Source: an uncultured cyanobacterium (GTDB taxonomy: Bacteria; Cyanobacteriota; Cyanobacteriia; PCC-6307; Cyanobiaceae). Taken from it: 64,000 nucleotides of DNA. The translations under genes were made by a program, and so were the position numbers. The notes beneath the pieces were generated by a model, which saw only the letters and a program-made list of their open reading frames with translations, had not been told where the DNA came from and made no database searches. Each line of letters opens with the position of its first letter. The first letter of the stretch is position 1. The stretch lies in the NCBI GenBank assembly GCA_963765575.1, contig CAVXWZ010000004.1, forward strand, positions 29,820 through 93,819. The letters run 5' to 3'. Below, in pieces: positions 37,412 through 47,820 of the stretch.

Positions 37412-38986
37412 ATGACCGCTGAGTACGACCGCACCGATTCCGGCCGCCAGTGGCAGCGCTTCTGCGATCTGCTCTGGTACGACGACGCCCTGGGCTTCTG
37501 GCTGGATGTGAGCCGCATGGCCGTTGGCCCCGCCGACCTCGACCAGCTGCGCCCGCGCTTTGAGCAGGCCTTCAATGCCATGGCCGCCCTGGAGGCCGGT
37601 GCCATCGCCAATGCCGATGAGCAGCGCATGGTGGGCCATTACTGGCTGCGCACGCCGGAGCTGGCCCCGGATGCCGCCACCGGGGCCCACATCGCCGCCG
37701 AAGTGGAGCGCATTGCCGTCTTCGGGCGGGACCAACTGGCCGCCGGCCGTTTCAGCGCTGTGGTGTGGATCGGCATCGGTGGCTCGGGGCTGGGGCCGCT
37801 GCTGATGGTGGAGGCCCTGGGGCCGGTGGACCGGGCGTTGCCGTTTCACTTCCTCGACAACGTGGATCCCGAGGGCATCAGCAGCACCCTGGCGGCCCTC
37901 GGTGAGCGCCTGCGCACCGCCCTGGTGGTGGTGGTGAGCAAGTCCGGCGGCACCCCCGAACCGCGCATCGGCATGGAGCAGGTGCGGGCCCGCCTGGAAT
38001 CGATGGGTGGCCGTTGGCCCGAGCAGGCCGTGGCCATCACCATGCCGGGCAGCCGTCTGGATCAGCTGGCCGAACGGGAGGGCTGGCTGGCCCGTTTCGA
38101 CATGTTCGACTGGGTGGGTGGGCGCACCAGCATCACCAGTGCGGTGGGTCTGCTGCCCGCGGCCCTGCTCGGCGTTGACCTCCAGGCCTTTCTGGCCGGG
38201 GCCGCCGCCATGGACCGGGCCACCCGCCTGCCGGAGCCGGAGGGCAATCCCGCCGCCCTGCTGGCCGCCTCCTGGTATGTGGCCGGTGGGGGCCGGGGCC
38301 TGCGGGACATGGTGGTGCTGCCCTACCGCGATCGCCTGGCGGTGTTCAGCCGCTACCTGCAGCAGCTGGTGATGGAAAGCCTGGGTAAGCGCTGCGACCG
38401 CAACGGCAGCGTGGTCACCCAGGGGCTGGCGGTCTACGGCAACAAGGGCTCCACCGATCAGCACGCCTACGTGCAGCAGCTGCGCGACGGCATCGACAAC
38501 TTCTTCGCCACCTTCATCGAGGTGCTGGAAGACGGCGGTGATCTGCCCGCGATCCAGGCTGAACGCCCCGGTGACGTGCTCGGGGGCTTCCTGCAGGGCA
38601 CCCGCTCGGCCCTGCTGGAGGGGGGGCGCCAGAGCCTCTCGATCACCCTGAGGCGCTTCGACGCCCGCGCCCTCGGGGCCTTGATCGCCCTGTTTGAGCG
38701 GGCCGTGGGGCTCTATGCCGAACTGGTGAACATCAACGCCTACGACCAGCCGGGCGTGGAGGCGGGCAAGCGGGCGGCTGCAGCGGTGCTGGAGCTGCAG
38801 GAGCGGCTGCTGAGCCAGCTCGCCGACGGCCAGAGCCGCAGCCTGGAGGAGCTGCAGCAGCTGCTGGCTGCGGACAGTGCCGAATCGCTGTTCTGGATCC
38901 TGCGCCACCAGTGCGCCAACGACCCCGGCCTGCTGGTGCAGGGCGACTGGGGCCGGCCCACCAGCCTGCGCTTCAGCCGCTCCTGA
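37412..38986 (+). CDS. pgi: Glucose-6-phosphate isomerase
   Basis: IGIGGSGLGP, VSKSGGTPE, VGGRTS, QQLVMESLGK and YDQPGVEAGK motifs. Confidence 0.97.
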   Translation: MTAEYDRTDSGRQWQRFCDLLWYDDALGFWLDVSRMAVGPADLDQLRPRFEQAFNAMAALEAGAIANADEQRMVGHYWLRTPELAPDAATGAHIAAEVERIAVFGRDQLAAGRFSAVVWIGIGGSGLGPLLMVEALGPVDRALPFHFLDNVDPEGISSTLAALGERLRTALVVVVSKSGGTPEPRIGMEQVRARLESMGGRWPEQAVAITMPGSRLDQLAEREGWLARFDMFDWVGGRTSITSAVGLLPAALLGVDLQAFLAGAAAMDRATRLPEPEGNPAALLAASWYVAGGGRGLRDMVVLPYRDRLAVFSRYLQQLVMESLGKRCDRNGSVVTQGLAVYGNKGSTDQHAYVQQLRDGIDNFFATFIEVLEDGGDLPAIQAERPGDVLGGFLQGTRSALLEGGRQSLSITLRRFDARALGALIALFERAVGLYAELVNINAYDQPGVEAGKRAAAAVLELQERLLSQLADGQSRSLEELQQLLAADSAESLFWILRHQCANDPGLLVQGDWGRPTSLRFSRS

Positions 38987-39539
38987 GCTGGGGCGGGGCT
39001 GGGGTGAGGCGGCAGCGCAGCACCGCCAGGGCCTCATCCGGCAGCCCCAGGAACCGGTCCAGCCAGGGGTCACCACTGGCTGGCACCTGTGCCACCCCCA
39101 CCAGCAGGCCCTCGCCGGCGGCATCGAGGGCCATGCCCCGGCAGTGATGGCGCCGGCTGCTGACGGCGCCGGTGCCCAGCTCGGTGTCGATCGCCAGGGC
39201 GGCCGGCCGGTAGATCCCCAGCGCGCTGCAGTGGAACCGGGCCCGGAAGCGCAGGTTCAGGGCGCCGCGCTGGGAGTCCAGCTCACCGCTCAGCTGCTGG
39301 GGTTCGATGCTGATCGTGAGCCCCGGTGGCAGGGGCAGCCCCAGCACGCGGGTGCTGCGCCAGCTCAGGGGTGGAATCCGCAGCTGCTGGGGGTTGAACT
39401 GCAACCGCCGGCCGTGCTCGCCGGGTTCGCCGAGTACACCGATGCCGCCACCGCCGCGGGCGTCGTAGCTGAAGCGGGGATAGGCCCCGATCGCCAGGCC
39501 GCAACCGGCCATGGTGGTGAGCTGCAGCTCCATGGGCAC
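38973..39539 (-). CDS. Conserved hypothetical protein
   Basis: ORF with typical codon bias; YPRFSYDA, LGLPLPPG and FLGLPDEA motifs. Confidence 0.7.
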   Translation of the reverse strand: MPMELQLTTMAGCGLAIGAYPRFSYDARGGGGIGVLGEPGEHGRRLQFNPQQLRIPPLSWRSTRVLGLPLPPGLTISIEPQQLSGELDSQRGALNLRFRARFHCSALGIYRPAALAIDTELGTGAVSSRRHHCRGMALDAAGEGLLVGVAQVPASGDPWLDRFLGLPDEALAVLRCRLTPAPPQLRSG

Positions 39540-39542
39540 GGC

Positions 39543-40154
39543 TCAGAGCTGGCGCAGGGGTTCCAGCGCACCCCGTCCATGCAGCTCGGCCAGGGCGTCG
39601 TAGCCACCGATCCTGGTGCCGTCGATGAACACCTGCGGCACCGGGCCCTGCTCGCTGTGCTGCACCCTGTGGGGGATGGAGAGGGTGCGCAGCATGCGCA
39701 GCGCCCGGGCGCTGTAGGGACAGCCGGCGGCCACGACGATCTCCACGCGCGGGCCCTGCTGGGGGGTGATGGTCTGGGCCGGAGCCCCGTGGCTGACCGG
39801 GGCTCCGGCGGCGGCGGCCGGGGGGGCCTCCTGCAGCAATCCCACGAGCACGTCGGCGCCCTTCAGCACCAGGGTGCCGGGCTCCAGATGGCCTCCCCAC
39901 ACCTGGCAGTTGCCATCGGAGAGGCTGAGGTGCAGGTGCACGCCGTCGGGCGCGATCGTGCCCTGGAGGGTGATGATCTCCAGCTCGCCCCGCACCAGGG
40001 TGGGCTGGTTCTGGCCCGGACACTGGAAAGCGGCCTGGGAGAGATTGCCCACCACGCTGAGCACGAAACCCTCGGCCTGATGGGCGGCGCCCAGGTGCGC
40101 CAGGCTGCGGTGCACGTCGCTGCCGGGATCGAGGTGCAGCGGCACGGCACGCAT
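39543..40154 (-). CDS. PPC/DUF296 domain fused to a glutaredoxin-like domain
   Basis: LEIITLQGT...HLHLSLSD...WGGHL; C-terminal GCPYS...VPQVFIDG..IGG. Confidence 0.85.
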   Translation of the reverse strand: MRAVPLHLDPGSDVHRSLAHLGAAHQAEGFVLSVVGNLSQAAFQCPGQNQPTLVRGELEIITLQGTIAPDGVHLHLSLSDGNCQVWGGHLEPGTLVLKGADVLVGLLQEAPPAAAAGAPVSHGAPAQTITPQQGPRVEIVVAAGCPYSARALRMLRTLSIPHRVQHSEQGPVPQVFIDGTRIGGYDALAELHGRGALEPLRQL

Positions 40155-40211
40155 GGGATCGGACGGGGGGATGCAGAGGGCCAAGCTACGTTCCAGGCCG
40201 CGCCGCCCCGG

Positions 40212-40913
40212 ATGTGCTTTTCCAGTCAGGCCAGTTTCATCGCGGCGGGATCCCTGCTTCCCGCCGGCGCCTGGGCCGTGCGGGTGTGCCGCAGCCAGCG
40301 GCCCGAGCTGCTGCCCCTGGCCCTCTGTCCCTGGTTGTTCGCGGTTCAGCAGGCGCTCGAGGGGGTGGTGTGGCTGGGGCTGGATGGGGCGGTGGCAGCT
40401 CCGCTGGCCCATGCCGCTGCCGTGGGCTTTCTGTTTTTCGCCCATGGCTTCTGGCCCGCCTGGATGCCCTGGTGTGCCCTGCGGGCGGCACGCCCCCGGC
40501 GAGCCGAGGTGCTGCCCCTGCTGCGGATCTGCTGTGCGCTGGGGCTGCTCCTCGGTCTCTGGCTGTGGCTGCCCCTGCTGCTGGATGCCAGCCGGGTGGT
40601 TCCTGAGGTTGTGGGCGGCTCGATCAACTACCAGACCCGGCTGCTGGCAGACGGCCTGGTGTCCCATGAGCTGGGGGCAAGCAGCTACGCCCTGGTGGTG
40701 GTCATGCCGCTGCTGCTCTGCGGCTCGCGTCGCCTGGCCTGGTATGGCCTGGCCCTGCTGGCGAGCGTGGTGCTGAGTTGGATCGCCTTCATCACAGTCT
40801 TCACCTCGGTGTGGTGCTTTCTGGCGGCAGTGCTGGCCCTGATGATTCCCTGGGTGGCGGCCGAACCGCTGGGGGCGCTGGGCGACGGGACGGCCGAAAC
40901 CGGCCTCGCCTGA
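40212..40913 (+). CDS. Multi-pass membrane protein (MCFS... family, DUF6629-like)
   Basis: MCFSSQASF, FAVQQALEG..W and FTSVWCFLAA motifs. Confidence 0.75.
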   Translation: MCFSSQASFIAAGSLLPAGAWAVRVCRSQRPELLPLALCPWLFAVQQALEGVVWLGLDGAVAAPLAHAAAVGFLFFAHGFWPAWMPWCALRAARPRRAEVLPLLRICCALGLLLGLWLWLPLLLDASRVVPEVVGGSINYQTRLLADGLVSHELGASSYALVVVMPLLLCGSRRLAWYGLALLASVVLSWIAFITVFTSVWCFLAAVLALMIPWVAAEPLGALGDGTAETGLA

Positions 40914-40944
40914 GTCAGGCGGCTTCAGCTGAGCGAGGCGGCTG

Positions 40945-41550
40945 TCAGCCGCCGGTGGCTGGGCGAGCGCCACCGCTGCCCCCGGACGGCCGGAACTGCT
41001 GGGCCAGCAGTCCGCGCTGGTATTCCACCGCCAGGCTGGCCAGGTGGTGGCGGGCCTGCTCCTCGAGGTCCTCACCCACCTGCTCCAGGGCCAGGCCCTT
41101 GGGGATGCGCATGCGCAGCACCAGCGCCAGGGCATCGAAGAGGCGCACCTGGTCGCTCTGCCAGCCCTGGTAGTCGGCGGCCATGGTCTGCAGGGCGTCC
41201 TGGGGCAGCTGGCCGCTGGCCACCCGCTGTCGCAGCTCCTGCAGCTGGCTGAAGCGGGCCGAGCTCACCAGGGCGTGGGCCGATCCCAGGGCGGCGAGGG
41301 CGTCGGCCGCCTCGCGGCGCAGCACGCTGAGGCTGCGTTCCAGCACCGCCTGCTCCACCGACAGCGGTTCCCGGGTGGCGGGGCAAGCGGCCTGGGGCGA
41401 GAGCACGGTGGTGGCAGCCGCAGCGGCGGTAGCCGTGTCCTTGGGGCTGGCTGGAGGGATCGAGGGGAGGGGTTTGGGCGCTAGCGCGGCCGCCCAGCGC
41501 CGCAGCCGCTGGGCCAGCCAGCGGCGCAGCTCCCGGAGGAGGCGCGGCAT
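40945..41550 (-). CDS. Hypothetical protein
   Basis: ORF with typical codon bias, predicted helical; no recognised motif. Confidence 0.6.
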   Translation of the reverse strand: MPRLLRELRRWLAQRLRRWAAALAPKPLPSIPPASPKDTATAAAAATTVLSPQAACPATREPLSVEQAVLERSLSVLRREAADALAALGSAHALVSSARFSQLQELRQRVASGQLPQDALQTMAADYQGWQSDQVRLFDALALVLRMRIPKGLALEQVGEDLEEQARHHLASLAVEYQRGLLAQQFRPSGGSGGARPATGG

Positions 41551-41616
41551 CGGCGGGGGATCAGGTGGCTGCACTCTGGAGCCCCCCCAACACCCTGCCA
41601 AGGCGGGACATCCGTC

Positions 41617-41907
41617 TCAGCCGACCGCGACACCCTTCCAGAAGGCCACCCGCCCCTGGATCTCGGCCGCCGCCGGCTTGGGGTCGGGATAGAACCAGGC
41701 GGCGTTGGCGTTCACCTTGCCGTCCACGACCACGTCGTAGTAATGGGCCTCGCCCTTCCAGCCGCAGACGCTGCGGTGGTCGGAGGGCCGCACGCAGTCT
41801 GGGGAGAGGGAGTCGGCCGGGAAGTAGGCGTTGCCCTCCACGGTCACGATGTCGTCACTGCTGGCGATCACGCCTCCGTTCCAGCTGGCCTTCATGGTGC
41901 TGCTCAT
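41617..41907 (-). CDS. DUF427 family protein
   Basis: VEGNAYFP, CGWKGEAHYY and AAWFYPDP motifs. Confidence 0.92.
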   Translation of the reverse strand: MSSTMKASWNGGVIASSDDIVTVEGNAYFPADSLSPDCVRPSDHRSVCGWKGEAHYYDVVVDGKVNANAAWFYPDPKPAAAEIQGRVAFWKGVAVG

Positions 41908-43673
41908 GCTGCGCCCATGATGGGACGCAGCGGCCGGTAGCGGGGGCTCCAGCGCGCCCGGCTCAGGCAGGTGCGGGCCTCTGCGGCACTGCTGGCCAGG
42001 CGGGCCAGGCCCTGCTCCACGGCCACCAGGGCCACGGCCTCAGCCACCGCCGCCCCCACCAGCTGGCAGTCGGTCATGGCCGGCATCAGGGGCAGATCCG
42101 GGTCCCGGCTGGCGGGGATCTGCTCCACCAGGGCCACCAGGGCGGCATCGATCATCTCTTCGCTCACGGCGCTGGCCCCCACGGCCACGCAGGCGAAGCC
42201 CAGGCCGGGGAACACGAAGCAGTTGTTGCACTGACCGATGCGGCGCTCCTGGCCCTGGAGCTGCACCGGCGGAAAGGGACTGCCGCTGGCCACCAGGGCC
42301 CGGCCAGCGCTCCAGGCGATCAGGTCGGCCGGATGGGCCTCGGCCAGGGTTGTGGGGTTGGAGAGGGGCAGGATCACAGGTCGCTGTGCGTCGCCGGCCA
42401 TGGCCTCCACCACGGCGCGGTTGAAGGCACCGGCCACGGCGGAGGTGCCGATCAGCACCGTGGGGCGGACGCGCCGCACCACCTCCAGCAGGCCGATGCC
42501 TCCTTCGGCGTCGACCTCGAAGCCGCTGCGATCGCTGGCTGGTCGGGCATAGGGACGTGCGGCCGGGGGGATCCCGTCCTGGTCCTCCAGCAGCAGCCCC
42601 TGGCGATCGATCGCCCAGATCCGCCCGCGGGCCTGGTCCTGGTCCAGCCCCTGGGCTTGCAGCAGCCGCAGCAGCCGTTTGGCGATGCCGCAGCCGGCGG
42701 TGCCGGCGCCGAAGATCACGATGCGCTGGTCCTGCAGCCGCCCCCCCTGGCCGCGGCAGGCCGCCAGCACCGCCGCCGCCGCCACCACGCTGGTTCCCTG
42801 GATGTCGTCGTTGAAGCTGGGCAGCCGCTGGCGGTAGCGATCGAGCACCCGGCGGGCCTGGGGGCTGCCGAAGTCTTCCCAGTGCAGAAACGCCCCTGGG
42901 AACACCTGGTCCACGGCAGCCACAAAGCCGTCCAGCACGGCGTCGTAGGCCTGGCCCCGCAGCCGCCGCCGGCGCAGACCGGGGTAGAGAGGATCGCTCA
43001 GCAGGCTGGGGCGATCGGTGCCGACGTCGAGGGTGATGGCCAGCACCCGCTCGGGATCAAGTCCGGCGCAGAGGGTGTAGACGGCCAACTTGCCCTGACA
43101 GATGTGGATGCCGCCGATGCCCTGGTCGCCGAGGCCGAGGATTCCTTCGGAGTCGGTCACCAGCAGCAGGTCCACGCCTTGCGGGGCCGCGCGCCGCAGC
43201 AGCTGCTGTAGCTGCGGCAGATGCTCGGGCGTGAGGTAGAGCCCCTGGCCGCCGGGCATGTCGGTGTGGCTGAAGGCCTCGATCACCGCCCCCACGGTGG
43301 GGGTGTACACCACCGGCAGCACGGCATCGATGTGATCCTGCAGGAAGCGGTGGAAGAGGGTGAGGTTGCGCTGGCGCAGGGCGCCCACGTAGGTGAAGCG
43401 GGCGAGGGGATCGTCCAGGCGCAGGAAACCGTCCCACACCCGCCGCACCTGCTGCTCAAGGCTCTCCACAGCAGCGGGCAGCAGACCCTCCAGCTCCAGT
43501 TCGCGGCGTTCCTCGCGGCTGAAGGCGGTGTCCTTGTTGAGTGCCGGCTGGGCCAGCAGCGCCGCCCCGCGCAGGTGGGTGGCCCGGGCCGGCTCGGCGC
43601 TGGCGGGATGGCTGCTGGCGAACTCGGAGTGGTCGGGACCGGGCCGTGAGCCCGGGGATGGATCGGCGGCCAT
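41904..43673 (-). CDS. Malic enzyme (NAD-dependent type)
   Basis: YTPTVG, ILGLGD.G, FNDDIQGT, GAGTAG and LSNPT motifs. Confidence 0.95.
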   Translation of the reverse strand: MAADPSPGSRPGPDHSEFASSHPASAEPARATHLRGAALLAQPALNKDTAFSREERRELELEGLLPAAVESLEQQVRRVWDGFLRLDDPLARFTYVGALRQRNLTLFHRFLQDHIDAVLPVVYTPTVGAVIEAFSHTDMPGGQGLYLTPEHLPQLQQLLRRAAPQGVDLLLVTDSEGILGLGDQGIGGIHICQGKLAVYTLCAGLDPERVLAITLDVGTDRPSLLSDPLYPGLRRRRLRGQAYDAVLDGFVAAVDQVFPGAFLHWEDFGSPQARRVLDRYRQRLPSFNDDIQGTSVVAAAAVLAACRGQGGRLQDQRIVIFGAGTAGCGIAKRLLRLLQAQGLDQDQARGRIWAIDRQGLLLEDQDGIPPAARPYARPASDRSGFEVDAEGGIGLLEVVRRVRPTVLIGTSAVAGAFNRAVVEAMAGDAQRPVILPLSNPTTLAEAHPADLIAWSAGRALVASGSPFPPVQLQGQERRIGQCNNCFVFPGLGFACVAVGASAVSEEMIDAALVALVEQIPASRDPDLPLMPAMTDCQLVGAAVAEAVALVAVEQGLARLASSAAEARTCLSRARWSPRYRPLRPIMGAA

Positions 43674-43700
43674 GGCGGGCTGGGGGGTGTGCCGCCGGAC

Positions 43701-46342
43701 TCAGGGCACGAAGTTCACCAGCTTGCCCGGCACCACGATCACCCGGCTGGGGGGGCGGCCCTCCAGCCATCGGGCGGCGATGTCGCTTTCCAGGGCCAGC
43801 TTCTCCAGGGTGGCCCGGTCGGCATCGGCCGGCACCTCCAGGTTGCCGCGCACCTTGCCCTTCACCTGGATCACCAGGGGGATCGTGTCGCGCACCAGGG
43901 CGGCCGGATCGGCCACGGGCCAGGGTTGCTGGTGGATGCTGACCCCGTCGCCGCCCAGTCGGCGCCAGAGCTCCTCGGCCAGGTGGGGGGCGAAGGGCGC
44001 CAGCAGCAGCAGCAGGGAGCGCAGGGCCTCCAGCGCCACCGGCTCGGAGACCGTGGCCAGGTGCTCGGCCATGGCGTTGCTGAGCTTCATCAGCTCCGCC
44101 ACCGCGGTGTTGAACTGAAAGTCCCCCTGCAGGTCGTCGCCCACCGCGGCGATGGCGGTGTGCACCGCCCGGCGCAGCTCCCGCTCGGAGTCAGTGGCGA
44201 TCGCTGCAGGGGTGCTGTCGCCATCAGCTGGGGCCAGGCTCAGGCCCCGTTGCAGGGCGCCGTCCACCAGCCGCCAGAGGCGCTGCAGGAAGCGGTACTG
44301 GCCCTCCACATCGGCGTCATCCCACTCGAGATCCTTTTCGGGCGGGCGCCTTGAACAGGATGAACATGCGGGCCGTGTCGGCGCCGTACTTGTCGATCAC
44401 CACGGCCGGGTCCACGCCGTTGTGCTTCGACTTCGACATCTTTTCGTAGAAGGTGTCGAGCACCTCGCCGCTGATCGGATCGCGGGGGTCGGTGGGGTCG
44501 GCCACATCGGCCGGGGCGATGTAGGTGCCGGTGCTGGGATTCCTGTAGGTGATGGCCTGCACCATGCCCTGGGTGAGCAGCCGCTGGAAGGGTTCATCGA
44601 AGCCCAGCAGGCCGCGGTCCCGCAGCACCTTGGTGAAGAATCGGGCGTAGAGCAGGTGCAGGATGGCGTGCTCGATGCCGCCCACGTACTGGTCCACCGG
44701 CAGCCAGCGGTCCACCGCCTCACGGCTGAAGGGCAGGGCGCTGTTGTGGGGATCGCTGTAGCGCAGGTAGTACCAGCTGGAGCACATGAACGTGTCCATG
44801 GTGTCGGTCTCGCGGCGGGCCGGCCGGCCGCAGCTGGGGCAGTCCACCTGCCACCAGCTCTCCAGCTGGGCCAGGGGCGAGCCGCCCTTGCGCGCTGATC
44901 GCCACATCCCGGGGCAGCTCCACCGGCAGCTGCTCGGCCGGCACCGGCACCACGCCGCAGGCTGTCGCAGTGGATCATCGGAATCGGGCAGCCCCAGTAG
45001 CGCTGGCGCGAAATCAGCCAGTCGCGCAGGCGGAACTGCACCGTGCCCACGCCCCAGCCCTGCTGCTCGGCGGCGGCGATGATCGCCGCCTTGGCCTCGG
45101 CGCTGGCCAGCCCGTTGAAGGGGCCCGAGTGGATCAGCATGCCGGGTTCGGTCCAGGCGCCGCCCTCGTAGGCGTGCTCGTCGCTGCCCTCCGGGATGAT
45201 CACCTGCAGCACCGGCAGCTCGTACTGGCGGGCGAACACGAAGTCGCGCTGGTCGTGGGCGGGCACGCCCATCACGGCGCCGGTGCCGTAGTCAGCCAGC
45301 ACGTAGTCGGCGATCCAGAGCGGGATCAGGGCGCCGCTGGCGGGGTTGCGCACCCGGGCGCCGATGGGGATGCCGCGCTTGGGGCTGTCGTCTGCCGTGC
45401 GCTCCAGGTCGCTCTGGCGGCTCACCAGATCGCAGAAGGCCGTCACCGCCAGCTCCTGCTCGGGACTGGTGAGCGACGCCACCAGGGGATGCTCCGGCGC
45501 CAGCACCACGTAGCTCACCCCATAGAGGGTGTCGGGGCGGGTGGTGAACACGCGGATGCGCTGGTCGCTGTCGCGGCCGTCGCCATCGACCACGGCGAAG
45601 CTGAGCTCAGCGCCGGTGCTGCGGCCGATCCAGTTGGCCTGCATCGTGCGCACCCGCTCCGGCCAGCCCGTGAGCTGGGGCAGGTCGTCGAGCAGCTGGT
45701 CGGCGTAGGCGGTGATCTTCAGGAACCACTGGCGCAGACGGCGCTTCTCCACCAGGGCGCCGGAGCGCCAGGAGCGGCCCTCGCCGTCCACCTGTTCGTT
45801 GGCGAGCACCGTCTGGTCCACCGGGTCCCAGTTCACGGTGGCCTCCTTCTGATAGGCCAGGCCGGCGGCGTGGAACTGCAGGAACAGCCACTGGGTCCAG
45901 CGGTAGTAGTCGGCGTGGCAGGTGGCCACTTCCCGCTCCCAGTCGATCGAGAGGCCCAGCCGCTGCAGCTGGGTGCGCATCGAGGCGATGTTGCGGTCGG
46001 TCCAGGCGCCGGGGTCGACGCCCCGCTCGATCGCCGCGTTCTCGGCCGGCAGGCCGAAGGCATCCCAGCCCATCGGCTGCAGCACCGCCCGGCCGCGCAT
46101 GCGCTGCACCCGGGCGATCACATCGGTGATCACGTAGTTGCGCACATGGCCCATGTGCAGGTTCCCCGAGGGGTAGGGGAACATCGACAGGGCCAGGTGT
46201 AGCCGCGCCGTTGGCGCCCCCGTCGGCCATCAGCGCCGGCCCCGGGCTCCGGCTCGGGGGTGCGATCGAGCTGGGCGTCCTGCCAGCGCTGTTGCCACTG
46301 CCGCTCGATGGCCTGGGGTTGGTAGCGGCTGCTCTCGCTCAC
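43701..46342 (-). CDS. leuS: Leucine--tRNA ligase (split by about 4 apparent frameshifts)
   Basis: [30 protein letters not shown] and KMSKS; breaks near 46200, 44960, 44890 and 44345. Confidence 0.95.
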
Positions 46343-46384
46343 GACAGGCCTGGGGTGTGATCAGCGATGGTGCCACAGGCCCCT

Positions 46385-46636
46385 TCAGCCCTGTTCCCGC
46401 AGCAGGATCACGGCGTCACGGTTGACCAGGGTGAGGGGGTGCTCACCGCCGGCATCGAGGGCCAGGAAATGCAGATCCTGCCAACGGATCACCCCCTCCA
46501 GCTGTTGTCCATTGCCCACCTCGAGCGTCACGGCGGCCTTGCGGCGGATCAGGTTCTGAATCAGGCGGGTGCTGGGCTGGTCGGTGTCGAGCGTGGGCTG
46601 GAGGTTGGCCGTGCGTGCGTCGAAATAACTCTGCAT
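46385..46636 (-). CDS. hfq: Cyanobacterial Hfq-like RNA chaperone
   Basis: PSTRLIQNLIR...LEGVIRWQD Sm-like motif; between dapF and leuS as typical of cyanobacteria. Confidence 0.85.
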   Translation of the reverse strand: MQSYFDARTANLQPTLDTDQPSTRLIQNLIRRKAAVTLEVGNGQQLEGVIRWQDLHFLALDAGGEHPLTLVNRDAVILLREQG

Positions 46637-46668
46637 AGGATTCCACTGAGAGTGCCGCGGCTCCAATC

Positions 46669-47820
46669 GTGCTCCAGTTCAGCAAATACCAAGGTCTGGG
46701 AAACGATTTCCTGATGGTCGACGGCCGCGCTGCCGGCGACGACGACAGCCTCGGCCTCACGCCCGAGCGCATCCAACGCCTCTGTGACCGCCGCTTCGGG
46801 CTGGGGGCGGACGGCGTGATCCTGGCGCTGCCGCCCCGGGGGGACGCCGAGCTGCGCATGCGCATCTTCAATGCCGACGGCAGCGAGCCGGAGATGTGCG
46901 GCAACGGCATCCGCTGCCTGGCCCGCTTCCTGGCCGACAGCGATGGCGACGCGGCCGGCCGGCGCTGGCCGATCGAGACCCTGGCCGGCCTGATCGTGCC
47001 GGAGTTGCAGGCGGACGGCACGATCCGCGTGGACATGGGCGTGCCGCTGCTGGCGCCTGAGGCCGTGCCCACCAGCCTGCCGCTCGGCGCTGCCGGCATC
47101 CCCCAGGGCGACCTTGAGGTGGAGGGACAGCGCTGGGCGGTGGGCGCCGCCGGGATGGGCAATCCCCACGTGGTGATCCCGGTGGACGATGTGCAGGCGG
47201 TGGACCTGGATCGCCATGGCGCCGCGTTGGAGCTGCATCCCGCCTTCCCGGCCCGCACCAACGTGCATTTCGTGCAAGTCCTCGCGGCCGACCACCTGGT
47301 GATGCGGGTGTGGGAGCGGGGTGCAGGCCCCACCCTGGCCTGCGGCACCGGCGCCTGCGCCACGCTGGTGGTGTGCCATCGCCTCGGCCTGGCGGAGCGC
47401 AGCGCCCGCATCGACTTACCCGGTGGCTCCCTCTGGATCGACTGGGATGGGGCCGACGATCACCTGTTCATGACCGGTCCGGCCGAGGCGGTGTTTGACG
47501 CCGTCGTGACCCCCGACCTGTGGGGAGCGGATGCGGCCACAGCTCCCACGGCCACCGCCGATCCCGCCACCCCTCCGGCTGCCGCTGCTGCCGCCCAGGC
47601 TCCCGAGCCCCCCGCAGCTCCGATCGACTGCGCCACGGTCTGCGCCAACGGTTGTCTGCGTCCTGAGGCCTGTGCCTCCGCGGAGGCCCGGGCCCGGGTG
47701 CAGGCGTTGCTCAGCGGCAGTTCCCTCGACGACCTGGTGGCGATCGCCACCAGCTCCCTGGAGTCCCGCACGCGGGCCCGGGCCCGACTTGAAGGCGAGC
47801 CCGGTCGGCCGCTGGAATGA
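46669..47820 (+). CDS. dapF: Diaminopimelate epimerase with Cys-rich C-terminal extension
   Basis: KYQGLGNDF, EMCGNGIRC, MGNPH and WERGAGPTLACGTGA motifs. Confidence 0.95.
   Translation: MLQFSKYQGLGNDFLMVDGRAAGDDDSLGLTPERIQRLCDRRFGLGADGVILALPPRGDAELRMRIFNADGSEPEMCGNGIRCLARFLADSDGDAAGRRWPIETLAGLIVPELQADGTIRVDMGVPLLAPEAVPTSLPLGAAGIPQGDLEVEGQRWAVGAAGMGNPHVVIPVDDVQAVDLDRHGAALELHPAFPARTNVHFVQVLAADHLVMRVWERGAGPTLACGTGACATLVVCHRLGLAERSARIDLPGGSLWIDWDGADDHLFMTGPAEAVFDAVVTPDLWGADAATAPTATADPATPPAAAAAAQAPEPPAAPIDCATVCANGCLRPEACASAEARARVQALLSGSSLDDLVAIATSSLESRTRARARLEGEPGRPLE

Noticed and set aside
43701..46342. leuS as a true pseudogene or programmed frameshift gene
   Set aside because: Essential gene, no nonsense codons and no slippery-site pattern; sequencing error is more parsimonious
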